Shown here piece after piece: positions 50,331 through 63,597 of a stretch of 64,000 nucleotides of DNA. The position numbers and the translations under genes are program-made. Origin of the DNA: Camelus ferus (taxonomy: Eukaryota); the NCBI RefSeq assembly GCF_009834535.1, contig NC_045697.1:57414001-57478000 (forward strand), given 5' to 3'. The notes under the pieces were generated by a model. That model was not told the DNA's origin. It was given only the letters and a program-made list of their open reading frames with translations, and made no database searches. Position 1 is the stretch's first letter. Every line of letters begins with the position of its first letter.

Positions 50331-51915
50331 ACTCCACCCCTTATCATTTTGGCATCCATGTGCATCTCCTTAAACCAGACTTAATTTCCAAATAAGGACA
50401 ATATCAAGGTCATAATTCTGCCTAAAATGATACAGCTATCCTGTGTGTAACTGTAAATTCACTAACCTTTTCCCCAGAAGAGGAAGTAAATTCCTTGAGA
50501 GATGTTTACTGTTCTCCTTGATATTCTGTAACTTAAATTCTATAATATAAAGTCAATACATCATATGTTATAAGAAAAGGAAAAAGATATCATATATATG
50601 AATTTATAGTAAGCTAACACTCGTGACAATCACAGTACTCATTTCTGTGACTAGTCATGTGATTGTAGTCGGTATTCATAATTGCCTCCATCCACTATCC
50701 ATTGAGGATTCCTTGTGCCTTCAGCAAGCACCTCGGTTGGTTGTGGTTTTTTACCTAGCAGAATGACCCAAACATACATCCCTGAAGAGTCTGAGCCATT
50801 AGTGGCCCTGCCTTGATTGGGTTATTGCAGTTTTCCATTGACTTTAATAACAGAGTATGGTAATATTAAGACACACCCTAAGGGATCTCCTGTATCCCAG
50901 ACATCCTCTTCCTTACCTTCACTGTAGAGTAGTAGTCCAATTCCTCTTGGTAGTCAGTATCAGTCACCACAGCCAACACAGTAATTCTCTTCTTTGCCTG
51001 TTGATTCAGAGATAGGAAGAGCCCAAAGTGAAAAGGCAGCGGTCTTCCAGTTGAATGGAATCATGGTTGTGTCTCCTGGTGGAAGCATTCCTCCCTCTAG
51101 CACTAAGACTTCTAGGCCGGAAAAACTTAAATTTGCAGGAACAGGAAGCAAAAAATATTTTGGTAGGACATTCAGGGTAATAATAATAATTCTATTTCTA
51201 CCCCTTGATCACTGGACCTGTGAATCCTGGGTATTGGAGGAATAGCACCATACCTTGGACATTGCTTTATAATATACAGCCTTCTGAAGAAACTTGCCCA
51301 AGTCCTGCAGGGTATTGCCACCTAGCTGGCACTGTAACGCAGTCTCCAAAAGGTCATTCCACCATTCTACCACACCAGCTACTTCAGGATGATGGGAAAC
51401 ATGATAAAACAAGTGAATTTCATGAGCATGGGGCCACTGATGCATTTCTTTGCTGTGAAGTGAGTTCTCTGATCAAAAATAATGCTGTATGTAATACCAT
51501 GACAGAGGATAAGTCATTCTGTAAATCTACTGACAGTAGTTTTGGCAGAAGCACTGTGTACAGAGAAGGCAAATCCATATCCTATGTGTCTAATCCAAAA
51601 GGAACAAAATACTGAGTCTTCCATGATGGAATCTGTCCGATGTAATCAGCCTGCCCGCTTGAGGATCATCCTGGGGAATGGTGCCCTATCAGGCACTCAA
51701 CATTGGTCTCTGCTGCTGGAAGACTGGGCACTCAGCAGTGCCAGATCATCCTTGGTGAGTGGAAGTCCATGTTGCTGAGCCCATGCATAACCTCCATCCC
51801 TGCCACAGAGGCCACTTTGTTCATGAACCCATTGGTCAATGACAGGAGTGGCTGGGGACAGAAGCTGGGCTGGTATCCACAAAGTGAGTTATCCTATCTT
51901 GATTTTGAAATTTAA
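50331..51915 (-). mobile_element. ERVL (HERV-L/ERVL-E-like) internal fragment with integrase and dUTPase remnants
   Basis: ORF 51697-51882 (LSPATPVIDQWVHEQSGLCGRDGGYAWAQQHGLPLTK) is the integrase N-terminus. 51209-51445 (HVSHHPEVAGVVEWWNDLLE...LGGNTLQ) is the integrase core. 50960-51151 (GLEVLVLEGGMLPPGDTTMIPFNWK) is dUTPase-like. All are frameshifted. Confidence 0.92.
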
Positions 51916-52169
51916 GTTGCTTATCACAATCTGCTCAAAGAAACAGTTAATTTTCCTATAATAGTTAACAGTTAGTTGATTTGAAATGGAATTAAATAGG
52001 ATAATAAGATTTTTGTTGTATCACATACCATGGGTATCAATTATGTGGTTGGGGGGTGTTATCTGATGTATTAAATTAAGAACATGTGGCTTATGACCTG
52101 CTGAAAGAGGAGGTACAGCCCACCCACGTGGTGTCAGCTGGTAGCGCGTTCGGCATCTGAGCTCCCACT

Positions 52170-52531
52170 TTCAGGAAATGAAAACCCAGAGCCTCTGGGG
52201 TTGTTTTCACTGAAGTCACAGTTTCAACACACTCACACAAAGGAAGTAAAAAAGACTTATTACTTACAGATCCCAGAAACGGGGGCATGCAGTGAGCCTG
52301 GAGAAAGGGCAGTGCTCTCTCCCAGGGCACAGGCGAGCCGGGATAGAGCAAGCACCTATTACTTACAACATGGTTGGGGCAGCATTCACTAACTTTTCAT
52401 AAGCTCAGTTCTAAGTGGTTATTTTAAAAGTTTTCCTAGGGAAAAGCAAAGCAGGAGGAACTTGTGGTAGAAATCTTAAACTCAGGTCCTTACCTAAAGG
52501 TCCAGACTCTGGGTGTGAGGAGGGTTGTTAC
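52170..52531 (-). mobile_element. MER74/MER73/MER88-like ERVL LTR
   Basis: 'caacacactcacacaaaggaagtaaaaagacttattacttacagat' is typical of this LTR group. It ends 'ttaca'. The left boundary is uncertain. Confidence 0.55.
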
Positions 52532-53570
52532 ACCATAAAATGCCTAGGCAGCAACTCAGAATGGCTGTTTTCTCATCACAGCATACCATGTGCAAAGTTA
52601 TTTACCCATTATAATCATTTCTGTTATTTTTTATCTTTGTTAACATGATAATTTAGGATATTTAACAGTTATTTCTGTTCATTGGTCTATACTTTTAAAA
52701 ACTGTCCAAAAAATTTTCCTCTTCAGTAAAGAGGAATTTTAAATAAAGTTACTTTATCCAACAGAACCAGCTTCATAGAGTCTCTAATATTTGATTAACA
52801 AATAAAAGCTACTTTAGATATCAATTTATTGGTCCGTTTTGCTCTAAATAATGTAAACAAATGCTGAGGAATATTTTTAAGACTTCAAATAAGATACACT
52901 GAAATTCAATATATTTGTTGTGTCTGTCTGTTTAACTCACTGCCAAGTTTAATTGATATAGTTTTACTGGAAATATGATATCTACCATAATCCAAGAATG
53001 GAGTTAAGGTTTTATAAAGCAAAACTATTCCTATTAGTGTGATCATTTGTTTTGGGTGATACAGCTATAAAACATCTATTTCCTCATTCTTGTTGTGGCC
53101 GTCTAAGAATGTTTGTATTCTCCTTCAATTGACTGTAAGTGGCTATGTCTAATATATATTTAAAATTTCCCCAACTAAAAACATATATGGAGAATGTATG
53201 CCAGGCCAGGTGACATTTCCAGCCTGAGACCAAGGATAGGGAGTATATTAACTTGGACACAGCACAAGGCTGGTTCGTTTGTTTGTTAGTTTTTCTTTCT
53301 CTCTCTCTCTTTGTCTGTCTTTCTTTCTTTACATCTTTCTTTTCTCTCCAAAGTCATAATCATACCAAACATTCGACTGTACAATGATAATGATTAGGTG
53401 GATATGGTTGACTATTGTCTTTTTTATGATTCATGGAAATATACACTAGTTACTATTGTCTTTGAATTCACAGAGTATGTTTAGTTAAAATCGTAGGTAC
53501 ACAAATTATAAGCTCACTTCTCATGCCACTATCCATTTCACTACCCTAAAGAAGTTATTGTTACAAATAT

Positions 53571-53602
53571 ATGTGTGTGTATGTGTGTGTGTGTGTGTGT
53601 GT
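53571..53602. repeat. (TG)n microsatellite
   Basis: Directly visible, with one interruption. Confidence 0.9.
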
Positions 53603-54009
53603 ATTCTACTCAGTGATTTAATTCCTTCAGGCTATAAGTCAGCATTACTACTTTTTAAATTATTTTTAACAATCGGTAGGCAATTTTCCCTTAACAATGT
53701 TCAAATTATACTGCTGAATATTTCCACTCATATTTATAGAAGTTTGTTGTGGGCAGGTCTGGGACTGCATAAAGAAAATTAATTCACAAATTATTCATAA
53801 AGAAAATTATTCAGTAAATAACTTGAAGGAAATCATCCACAGAGTTTTTTCTCAATGGTTTAATTTATAGGACATTATTAAATCTTACTATATAAAAATT
53901 ATGCATAGAGAATTTGATCTATATGGAAAATTCACTGGCATATTTGCAATCATGTTGTAAAAGAAATCATTTTGAATTATCCTAGTATATTTTACTTTGG
54001 GTAATTAAT

Positions 54010-56830
54010 TACTTTTTAATGCACTTCATTTTTTAGAACAGTTTCAGATTTATGGAAAAATTGAGACAGTAGTACAGAGAGTTCTCATACATCTCAACTC
54101 AGTTTCCCCTATTTTTAACTTCTTACATTAGTATGATTATTTGATACAATTAATGAACAAATATTAATGCACTATTGTTAAGTCATCTACAGTTTATTAG
54201 ATTCCCTAAGTTTTTATTTATTGGATTTCTTCTATATTCAGCTTTACATATAAAACACAGCATTACATTTAGTTGTTATGTCTCTTTAGCCTTCTCGTCT
54301 TTGTTAGTTTCTCAAATTTTCCTGGTTTCTGACAGCCTTGGGAGTTTGAGGAGTACAAGTTATTGTATTTTTTAAGATGCCCTGATATTGGAATTTGTCT
54401 CGTGTTTTTCTCATGGTAAGATTGGGGTTATGGGTTTTGGGAGAGAAAGACCACAGAGGTAAGAGCTATTTTCATCACATCGTATCAAAGGTACGTACTG
54501 TCAACATGATTTATAACTGGCAATTCTGATCTTGATCATCTGATTGAGGTAATATTTGTCAGGTTACCTCACAGTAAAGGTTCTCATTTTTCCCCCTTTC
54601 TATACTTTGAAGTTGAAAGTATGCACGTTGAAAGGAAGTCACTATGCACAGTTCACAAGTTATGTTCACCCTTCTCGAGGGTGGAATATCTACATAAATT
54701 AGTTGAAATTCTTCTGCATGGAATTTATATCTTATCATTATATATTATATAATATATTATTATATTCACATTATTTTATTTTATTATTTTATTCACATAT
54801 ATTATTTTATTCATACTATTTATTTATATCCATATAGACTCACGGATGTCTATTTTGTGTTTTGTTAAAAACAAATACTACCTTGTTTTGTTGTCCAAAT
54901 TTTTCCAGTTGTGGCCACTGGAAGGAAGCTCTTTCAGTTAGCTTCTGTGCTCTTTTAAAGCAGTTCTAGCGATTTTTTTTTTTTGCACACTTCTTTATTT
55001 TTTTACACTACAAAGTGATCCAGGCTCATTTTGCATATTTCTTGGTCTAATCCTCAAATCAGGTATTTCTCTAAGAAACTCTGTTTCCTTTCATCAGATA
55101 ATATATCAGGAACCAAGATCTGGGTGCTCATTGCTTCTGTGGTACCATTTCTTTTAGGTCCTCTCAGCTGACAAAGCAATATATGTGTGTGTGTGTATGT
55201 ATATACACACGTGTGTGTGTGTGTGTGTGTACTAATCCAAGTATTTGCATATATCTATAAATATATGTATGCCTAAATGTCTGTATCTTTTTTGAGCCAA
55301 CATGAGTTCATACCGATGTCTCCAATTCTAATTCATCACCACTTGGATTATACCAGTTTTCTCACCTTGCGTATCTTCACACTCCCAATCCCACAGTGAC
55401 AAACCCAGCTTCCACTGTCTCTTATCCTTTTACATTTTTGTTCCATCCCCATATAAATATATAGCACTATAAAAATTAATTCATATTCTCTTAACTACTT
55501 TATAAACTGGTGTATAGGGCTTGTGTGCAGTTCCTTACAGATTTCACTCATCCCCCAAATTTCTTTGGTCATCAACGCCCTCCCCATGACCTTCAGTGAG
55601 ATTTTTTTCATACATTTGTAATACAGTTAGATTCTCGTCTCAGGCTGCAGGGTTTCTGGGATCCCTGACCGTACATGACTTTCTTGTATATTTGCACAAA
55701 TTAAGATTCATTCCTTGTGTTATAAAGAGGCATGGGTCTTGACAAGCACATAATGTCTTTTATCTACTATTACAGTATCCTTCAAAGTAAATGCACTGTC
55801 CTAAGAAGCCCCTGCATTTCACTTATTCATCCCTCACCCCAAATCCTATCAACCACTAAGTATTTCAGCATCTCAATAATTTTGCCTTTTCCAAAGTATT
55901 ATAAAGCTGTAATCATGCAGTATGTAGACTTTCAAAATGACTTCTTTCACTTATCAATATGCATTCTAAGTTTCCTTCATGTCTTTTTATTGCCGCATGG
56001 CTCATTTATTTCATTGCTGAATAATATTTCTTTGTACAGATGTACTAACATCTGTTTATCCATTCACTTTTTGAGTAATGTCTTGGTGGGTTCTAGCTTT
56101 GGTGATTATAAGTATATATTACCATACAGGTTTCTATGTGAATACAGACTTTCAATCAATTGGGAACATATTTAGAAGCACAATTGATGGATTATATGGT
56201 AAAAACTATATTTTGCTTATAAGGGACTGACAAACTGTCTTTCAAAGTGCATGTATCATTTTGCATTCCCTCAAGCAATGAATAAGAGTTCCTGCAGCTC
56301 TACATTCTCACCAGCATTTGGCATGTTAGCCATTCTAATTAGTGTGTAGTGATGTCTCATTGTTGCTTAAATTTGCAATTCTATGATGATAAGTGATGGT
56401 GAGCATCATTCATGTTTATTACCATCTGCCTATATTCTTTGGTGAGAAACCTGTTAAGCCATTTTGCTGATTTTTAATTGTTAAGTGTTGAATTTCAGCT
56501 GTGTCAGTCCTCTAACTTTATTCTTCTTTAGCATTGTGTTGGATCCTCTGGCTGTTTTTCCTTTGACCACGCACTTAAAATCAATTTGTACAATATCCAC
56601 AAAATAATTTTGTGGGATTTTCACTGGGATTGTGTTTAATCTATGAATCAAGTGGAAAGTGGAAATAATTTATATCATCAAAATATTGTTTCCCATTCAA
56701 TGATCATGAATAATTATCCATATTTTACATTTTCTCGGGATTCTTGTTGCCAAAGTTTTATAGTTTGTATATATCTAGTTAGATTTATATCTAGAAATTT
56801 CACTTTTGTGGTGCTATTGTAAATAACATT
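54010..56830 (-). mobile_element. L1MC3/L1MD-class LINE, long 3' UTR plus ORF2 end
   Basis: Tail 'ttttagaacagtttcagatttatggaaaaattgagacagtagtacagagagttc', the characteristic long L1MC/MD 3'UTR, then reverse-strand ORF2 ('gcaatgaataagagttcctg...ctcaccagcatttgg'). Confidence 0.88.
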
Positions 56831-57639
56831 GTGAGTTTTTTGTTGCACTGTCTAGAAACCAAGTACAAGGAAAGTTTTTTAAATTATAGTCTACCTCAAA
56901 GCAATATTAATTCTATGGCGCATTTCAAAACAATCAGCTAACTTCCTAAGGAGTTTATTTTGTTTTTATCTAAGCAAAAATAACATCAATGTGGATTGCA
57001 ACTACACAAATGGATCTACAAATAGAATATTATCCTTATGAAAATGTTATTTTAAGATGTTTATAGCACAGTTAATGTCCTTTCACAATACACAGTCTAA
57101 GTCTGAAATTTTTTTGTGTTCATGCCATCAAAATACCTATTATTTTTTCAAAGCTATGTATACTAAGAAAATTGTATTCAAAATAAGATATAAATTTCAT
57201 TTTGCAAATGACTTAAATATATCATTGAGTATGTGAGCCACACTATATTGCCTCATTTGTCAAGGGTCACAAAACACAAATTATTTGAAGACCCTGGTTT
57301 CTAAATATGCAGCAACAATAAATAATTAATCTTACCACAGGCAACATTTTCATAGTTCTCCTACGTATGACAACTGGGCCTCTTTAATATCCCAAACCAT
57401 AGCTGATTGGCTAATGCCACTTGTTCAGCACAAATTTCAAAAGCCATTCATTTGTATACAATAGACAAGCACATAAAGTCAGCATACTCTTTGCAGAAAA
57501 GATAAAATATATACTCTAATCAAAAGTAGGAGCAGTAAATGAAAGAATGTACTGGAGGGGAAAGCTGTGTAATTTTGTAAACATCTAATATAGTATATAC
57601 AGTGAAACATTAAGCCATTATGATGACTTTCTTAATACA

Positions 57640-57800
57640 CTGTAGTTTCAAAACTAAAAAGTTTTAAGACTTGCTAGATCTGTCACTTGCCATGTGTGTT
57701 ATCTTTGAAAAGATATTTATCCTCTTAAATGTTCATTTCTGCATCAGTGAAATAACAATTCATGTTTCTGGCAAATATCAAGTAAGGAAATGAATGAAAG
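57640..57800 (+). mobile_element. MIR SINE fragment
   Basis: 'tctgtcacttgccatgtgtgttatctttg...ttcatttctgcatcagtgaaata'. Confidence 0.45.
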
Positions 57801-58044
57801 TGATTATGTAAGTACTGGGGTAATTCGGTACTTTGATAAATGTTAGCAATTTTAAAAAAAATAAGTCTTATAAAATGAATTACACTGAAACCTTTGATGC
57901 ATAAAAATAAAAATGGGTTGCCACACACCCACATATATTTTCATCATGTGTGCAAATTTGTGATTTTCCTTGAATTAAAGAACTTAATGTATCTTATTAA
58001 GAATAGTATCATTATAAATACTGTGAGTATTAAAATATTTTCCC

Positions 58045-58590
58045 AAATTGCTGTGCCTGGGTACCATACCATCGTAATTTAGTGGTGTAAAGCAGTGACC
58101 ACCCTCTTATGCTCTTGGACTCTGTGGCTCAGGACTTTGTCCAGGGCACAGCTAGATAGCTCTCACTTGAAAGTCTCATATCATTTCAGTTAGATGTCAG
58201 CTGAGGCTACAATAATCCTACAATAATCTAAAGACTTGAGTAAGCTGGGTATTCATAATGGCTCGCTTACATGGCTTGCTGATGATACTTTCTGTTGGCT
58301 GGAAATTCAGCTAGTGCTGTTGCTCGGTGCAATAATACATAGCCTCTTTAGCATGGCAGTCTCAGTATATGTGGATATTCCCAGAATGAATGTTCAAAGA
58401 TAAGCACATAGAAGCTGCATAGCCTTTTACCTCCTAGTGTCAAAATCCATAAAGTGTTATTTTGACCATGCTGTAGTCATAAATATGTCCATATTCAAGG
58501 GGAGGTGTCATAGATGGCCACCGCTTGGTGAGATAAACTTACATACGAGGTAAGTTTACATTGTAAAACATGTGTGATGGGAAATAGAAT
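58045..58590 (-). mobile_element. MLT1G/H-like MaLR LTR
   Basis: 'ttagtggtgtaaagcag...ctctgtggctcaggact...ctgttggctggaaattcagct...attcaaggggaggtg'. Confidence 0.8.
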
Positions 58591-58994
58591 CAGGAAGTTT
58601 CTGTCTTTGGGATCATCCTTCTGGGAAAAGTTATGTGTTCAGTTCTGTTTTCTGTCATGCTTGGGGAAGCCGAGAGACTCCTGATGAGACAGGCTCATGT
58701 TTATCTGGCCACCTGTATCTGTAATTGGATGGGTAGGTACCTATAATTCAAGAGTGAAGTGTTAGGGATTTTATGGGACCATACATTTTATAAGAAAACA
58801 GATATATAAGAACATTTTCCAAATAGTTCTTTCAATATTATTAGATTACTAAATAAAGAAAATATAAGAAGGATGTTATTGAGGAACATGTATGTGTGGA
58901 AATGTTTCATTTTTCAAAAGAAGTGAAATACAAAAAAATGATTTTTAAAACAAGTTAAATAATATGAGAGATTGAAGGATCATTGAGCTATGAA

Positions 58995-59262
58995 AGATCT
59001 TCAGCTGACAGCAAGAAAATGGGGACTTCACTCATACAACTTCAAGGAAATTAAATTCTCCAAGACCTTGAACTAGCCTTGAAACATATTCTTCCCTAGT
59101 GAAGCTTCCAGATGAGGTGGTAGCCTGGCAGACAACCTGATTTCAGCCATATGAGACATTAGACTGTCCCTAGAGTTCTGATCTACAGGAACTGTGAGAT
59201 AATAACTGTTGTTTGACAGTGCTGAATTTGGATAATTTTAAAGCAGCAATCAGTGATTAATA
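58995..59262 (+). mobile_element. MLT1D/E-like MaLR LTR 3' half
   Basis: 'cagctgacagcaagaaaatggggacttca...cttccagatgag...tctgatctacaggaactgtgagataataa'. Confidence 0.8.
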
Positions 59263-60214
59263 AAGCACTATTAAATATCTTACAAATACACCTAGTTTAT
59301 TATTAAACAGCATTTCAGAAATGTCTCATCCTTGCCTGCCTTCTTAAATGAATTCAAGATAAAAGTCAGAAAAATCTGGTAATTTAATGTCTACATCTAT
59401 TGTGTGGAAGCCATAAAAATGGTTCCTACAGTATCATAATACTTTACAACTTTGTAAAAGATACAGATATTAGATATAGATATGGAAATTAAGGCTGTAT
59501 CACAACAAAGCACACCAGGAGACAGTTCTGAAAATAATAAATTCTAGCCCTTGTTTGAGAAGTACACTTAACTAGGACTGAATATCAATGAGACATAATT
59601 GCTAGACGCTTTCATACTTCAGCTTAACAAAATAAAACGGTCTAATTTTTGAAATGTTGGAAATGTCAATATATGCAAATTTGAGGAAGGGCTGGAAATC
59701 ATAGGGTGACAGAGGGAAGAAAGAAATGAGATGAAATCCTACAATTAGATTTTCCTGATATGAATATGAAATGTAAAATACACATAAAAATACTGGTAGT
59801 AACTCCTTAATTGCCAATGTCACCATGTTCTATAAAATGATAAGTGGAGAGTCTATGTTAAGAAAGATGAATGACCTCAAACTTTATAACCTGTATAATA
59901 GGATTTCAAAGTTAATGAATGGGCTGTTTCCTTAAGACATTATCATCAATGCAACAAATATATAAAGTACATTCTCCAGGAAATATAAGAGGTCTTTTGT
60001 AAACCTATTGCAAAAATATGGATATTTTTATGACAGTTCAAATTACTACCTCCCTGCATTCTTAATATACAGGAATTTATAACTCATTAAATATAGATAC
60101 TATGCATTACTTCCTTTTTTCTTTCTTTGCTCTGAATATTTTGTTAAATCTTGACATCTACTATCCTCCAAGGATATTTAAAACATATTAGATTACAGCT
60201 TTATAGATTGATTT

Positions 60215-61150
60215 TTTAAATTCTATTTTATTTATTTTTAATGGGTAATATAGTTACAAGGAAAAATCAAAAGAAACAATAGTATGAGTGAAAAATAAGC
60301 ATTCTTCTTACCCACTCTCTCAACTCTCCTTTTTTCAAGTCCAGTGGTGCTTGCAATTGTCCATCTTTTGTGTATTCTTACAAGAATATTTTATGTGTGT
60401 ATAACCATGTGTTAGTTAACAGAACAGGAAATCTTAGTATACCACAAACATATGAAATGATACTCCCTCTGACCAGCATTTAAAAAAATTAAAAATAAAA
60501 TTTCAATGAGATACAATGTTAATCATGTGAGCTCTTCTACATGAACATTCATGTAACTATGATGGAGAGTAATTTGAATATATCTTACAAAGTTTAAGAT
60601 GCACATAGTCAGCAGTTTCATATTATTTCTATATGATAAACTCACAATAATGCATGAGGAACTATGTAAGGAATGTTCACTGCAACATTGAACAAAAAAA
60701 ACAAGAAACAACAAAGTAAAAAATTTTACTGATAAGAGCATGGATTAAAAAATCATGATATATTTGTGCAAATGGAATACTATCCTGCAATAAAAATCAA
60801 TGCACTGACATTCCAACATCTACATTGATAAAAATGTCACCAATATAATTTTGACCAAATAAAAATGTTTTAAAAGAATACACAAAAAAAGATATAATTT
60901 ATATAAAGTTCACACAGATAATACATCCTTTATGTTGTAGGGTATGTATACATACATGGTTTTGGTATAAAGTTGCACTTTTGTACATGTTGGCATACTA
61001 AATGTTCAGAGTCCTTGCCTTTCTCACTTAACACTGTATCTGAAAAATTTACTTTGCTACAGAGATCTGCCTAACTTGCTGCCTAACAGCTCTTTGTATT
61101 CCATTGCTTCGGTGTAATATAGTATCTCAATGTATACACATTTACTGCCT
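60215..61150. mobile_element. Cluster of very old L1ME 3' fragments in both orientations
   Basis: Plus-strand 'ggaatgttcactgcaacattg...aatggaatactatcctgcaataaaaa' is flanked by reverse-strand L1ME-like pieces. Confidence 0.55.
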
Positions 61151-62815
61151 CAATCTCTCCTCTTTCCTGCCTCATAACAGTTTAAAACTCTATATTGACA
61201 ATGGCAGAACTACATGATTAAAGAAATTTGTGTCTTGAACCAATGTTTGAAGAGTGTGACAAAAATCGGTCATAATGTGCATATTTTAAAGTACAAGGTA
61301 AATATTGAGTCACATTCAGAGAATAAATAAATTATGGAGAAAAAATATGGCAAGGTATAAAAAAAAGAGAGAAGGGAAAAGACTTTCTTACATGCCTTAA
61401 AGTCTACGTACTGATTTAATAAAATAAGTGGGGTTCAATAATTCACACAGCATCCATCATTTCCACACTTTAATCTCATATTAATAAAAAAAAGTCTTGT
61501 TGGCTTAGAGGCTTATTTGAATTGATTATATTATGTGCTCAGAAGCTGTGAAAACTAAGCAACACACATTCCTGAAGAGTGATTTAAGAAGATTAGGAAA
61601 ATTGTTTAAGAAGCTTTTAATTCAAGAGAAGCAATTACTCCAATATGCATAGTAACATAGGCTGTTTTTCTACATAAGCTAACAAATTTAAACAACTGAA
61701 GGAGAATGAAATTGATTCCTCCGAGAATTTAATCAGCTGCAGAGTTTATTAGTGTTTCACTTTGGTGGTATCAGTGCTTTCCTGCCTTCTTTCTTAAAAT
61801 TTTGCATTCAAATTTCATACAAATTCTGAGAATTTAGGCTAAATTCCTTCAAACCCAAATGTAATAGGAATATGCTTAAAACCAAAATGTGAAATGCTGT
61901 CATGAGGATGTTCTATCCACATTAATTACAGATAACCTACTATTTGCCAGACAAGTCTGATAGCCCTGAAAGAGATTAAACTTTTTTAATCAGTGTACTC
62001 TGTGTTAATAAAAGTTTCCCTCAAGGCAAAGTACATTTGAATCTATGAAAATATTTCCAAACACATAGTCATTATTAAATGGAAAAAGAACCATTTTCTA
62101 AGTTTCAAAATCACCCTCATTACCTCTTTTTCAGGTGTTTTCAACTTCCCATTATGTTCTCTACTATAGGTGGTTAGAAACACTTTCACATTTTTGTGAC
62201 AACCCCTCAGAGGTGGTATATACTCCCTTAAGCCCAAATTTGGTTTTCTTTTTTTCTTTTTTTTTGAGAGTGATAGTGACATACAAGCACCAGGAGGGTA
62301 TGAAAAAGTCAATTGCTCACATAATGAGGCTTTTGGGAGATAACAGGTCATACTCTCAACCTGCTCCAAGGTTGGCTTGCAAGAGAGGGAAAGGAAACTG
62401 GCTTGAATTTTATGGTGGTTAAAAAGTAGAGCTGGGGGTGAGCGTTCTTACAGTGCTGAAGGCTTGTACGATTTAACTTCTCTACCAATTCAAAAGCAGG
62501 GAGCTCCTGGGCTTCCTTATTAGTTTGCCCAGACGTAGGACAGAGGGGAAGTGGCAGTGGTGGGACTTGAAAGTTGTATGCAGTCAAATACCAAAACTGG
62601 ATTCAATTTTATCATAATCTGAATGTGTCAGAAATTGCTAAATGATGACCTCACTTTTTTCTTTTTCTCCTTGCTGTACTATACACTTCAGAATTCAGGA
62701 CAGTCAGGGATAGCTATGTGGCTGGGTTTTAACTATTGAGCTTTGAGAGTGTCATTAAGACTTCTGGGTCTACATTTAAAATGTAATGCACAGTATATAT
62801 ATTTTTCTGGGTGGC

Positions 62816-63455
62816 TTTTTAAAAAATTAAAGTCTAGTCAGTTTACAATGTGTCAATTTCTGGTGTACAGCATTATGTTTCAGTCACATATATACATACA
62901 TATATTCATTTTCATATTCTTTTTCATTATAGGTTGCTACAAGATATTAAATATAGTTCCATGTGCTATACAGAAGAAACATGTTGTATATCTATTTTAT
63001 ATGTAGTAGTTAGTATCTGCACATCTCAAACCCCAATTTATCCCTTTCAACCCCTTTTCCCCACTGTTAACCATAATTTTGTTTTCTATGTCTGTGAGTC
63101 TGTTTCTGTTTTGTAAATAAGTTTTTTTTTTTAGCTTCCACATATGAGTGCTATCATATGATATTTTTCTTTTTTCTTTCGGGCTTATTACTTCACTTAG
63201 AATGACAGACTCCAGGTTCATCCATGTTTCTGCAAATGGCATTATTTTATTTTTTTTATGGCTGAGTCTAGTGTTCCATTGTATAAGTACACCAAAACTT
63301 GTTTATCCAGTCATCTGTCAATGAACATTTAGGTTGTTTCCGTTTCTTGGCTATTGCTATGAATATTGGGGTGCATGTGTCTTTTTGAATTAGAGTTCCC
63401 TCCAGATATATGCCCAGGAGTGGGATCGCTGGATTATATGGTAAGTCTATTTTAT
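62816..63455 (-). mobile_element. 5'-truncated camelid-like L1 (same family as the 12761 copy)
   Basis: 3' end 'aaattaaagtctagtcagtttacaatgtgtcaatttctggtgtacagc'. ORF2 C-terminal peptides DLPYNPAIPLLGIY...KDTCTPIFIA and MPFAETWMNLESVILSEV. Confidence 0.92.
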
Positions 63456-63561
63456 TTCCTGTCTTGATGCAGAGTAACACAATCACATTTATCAAGTATC
63501 ATTACACATGTTAAATCTATAACTATTTTATCAGTCCATTGCTTTCCCAACCAGGATAGCA

Positions 63562-63597
63562 TTTATTTCTTTTCTTTTTTTTTTTTTTTTTTTTTTT
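63562..63597. repeat. Poly(T)/T-rich tract
   Basis: Directly visible. Confidence 0.9.

Noticed and set aside
53768..53815. Short imperfect tandem repeat cataaagaaaatta(a)ttca; similar small duplications at ~18360 and ~58210
   Set aside because: Ordinary slippage duplications in AT-rich DNA.
55732..56175. Longest ORF (147 aa, plus strand)
   Set aside because: It is antisense to an L1MC/MD 3' region and is a chance open frame in T-rich repeat sequence.
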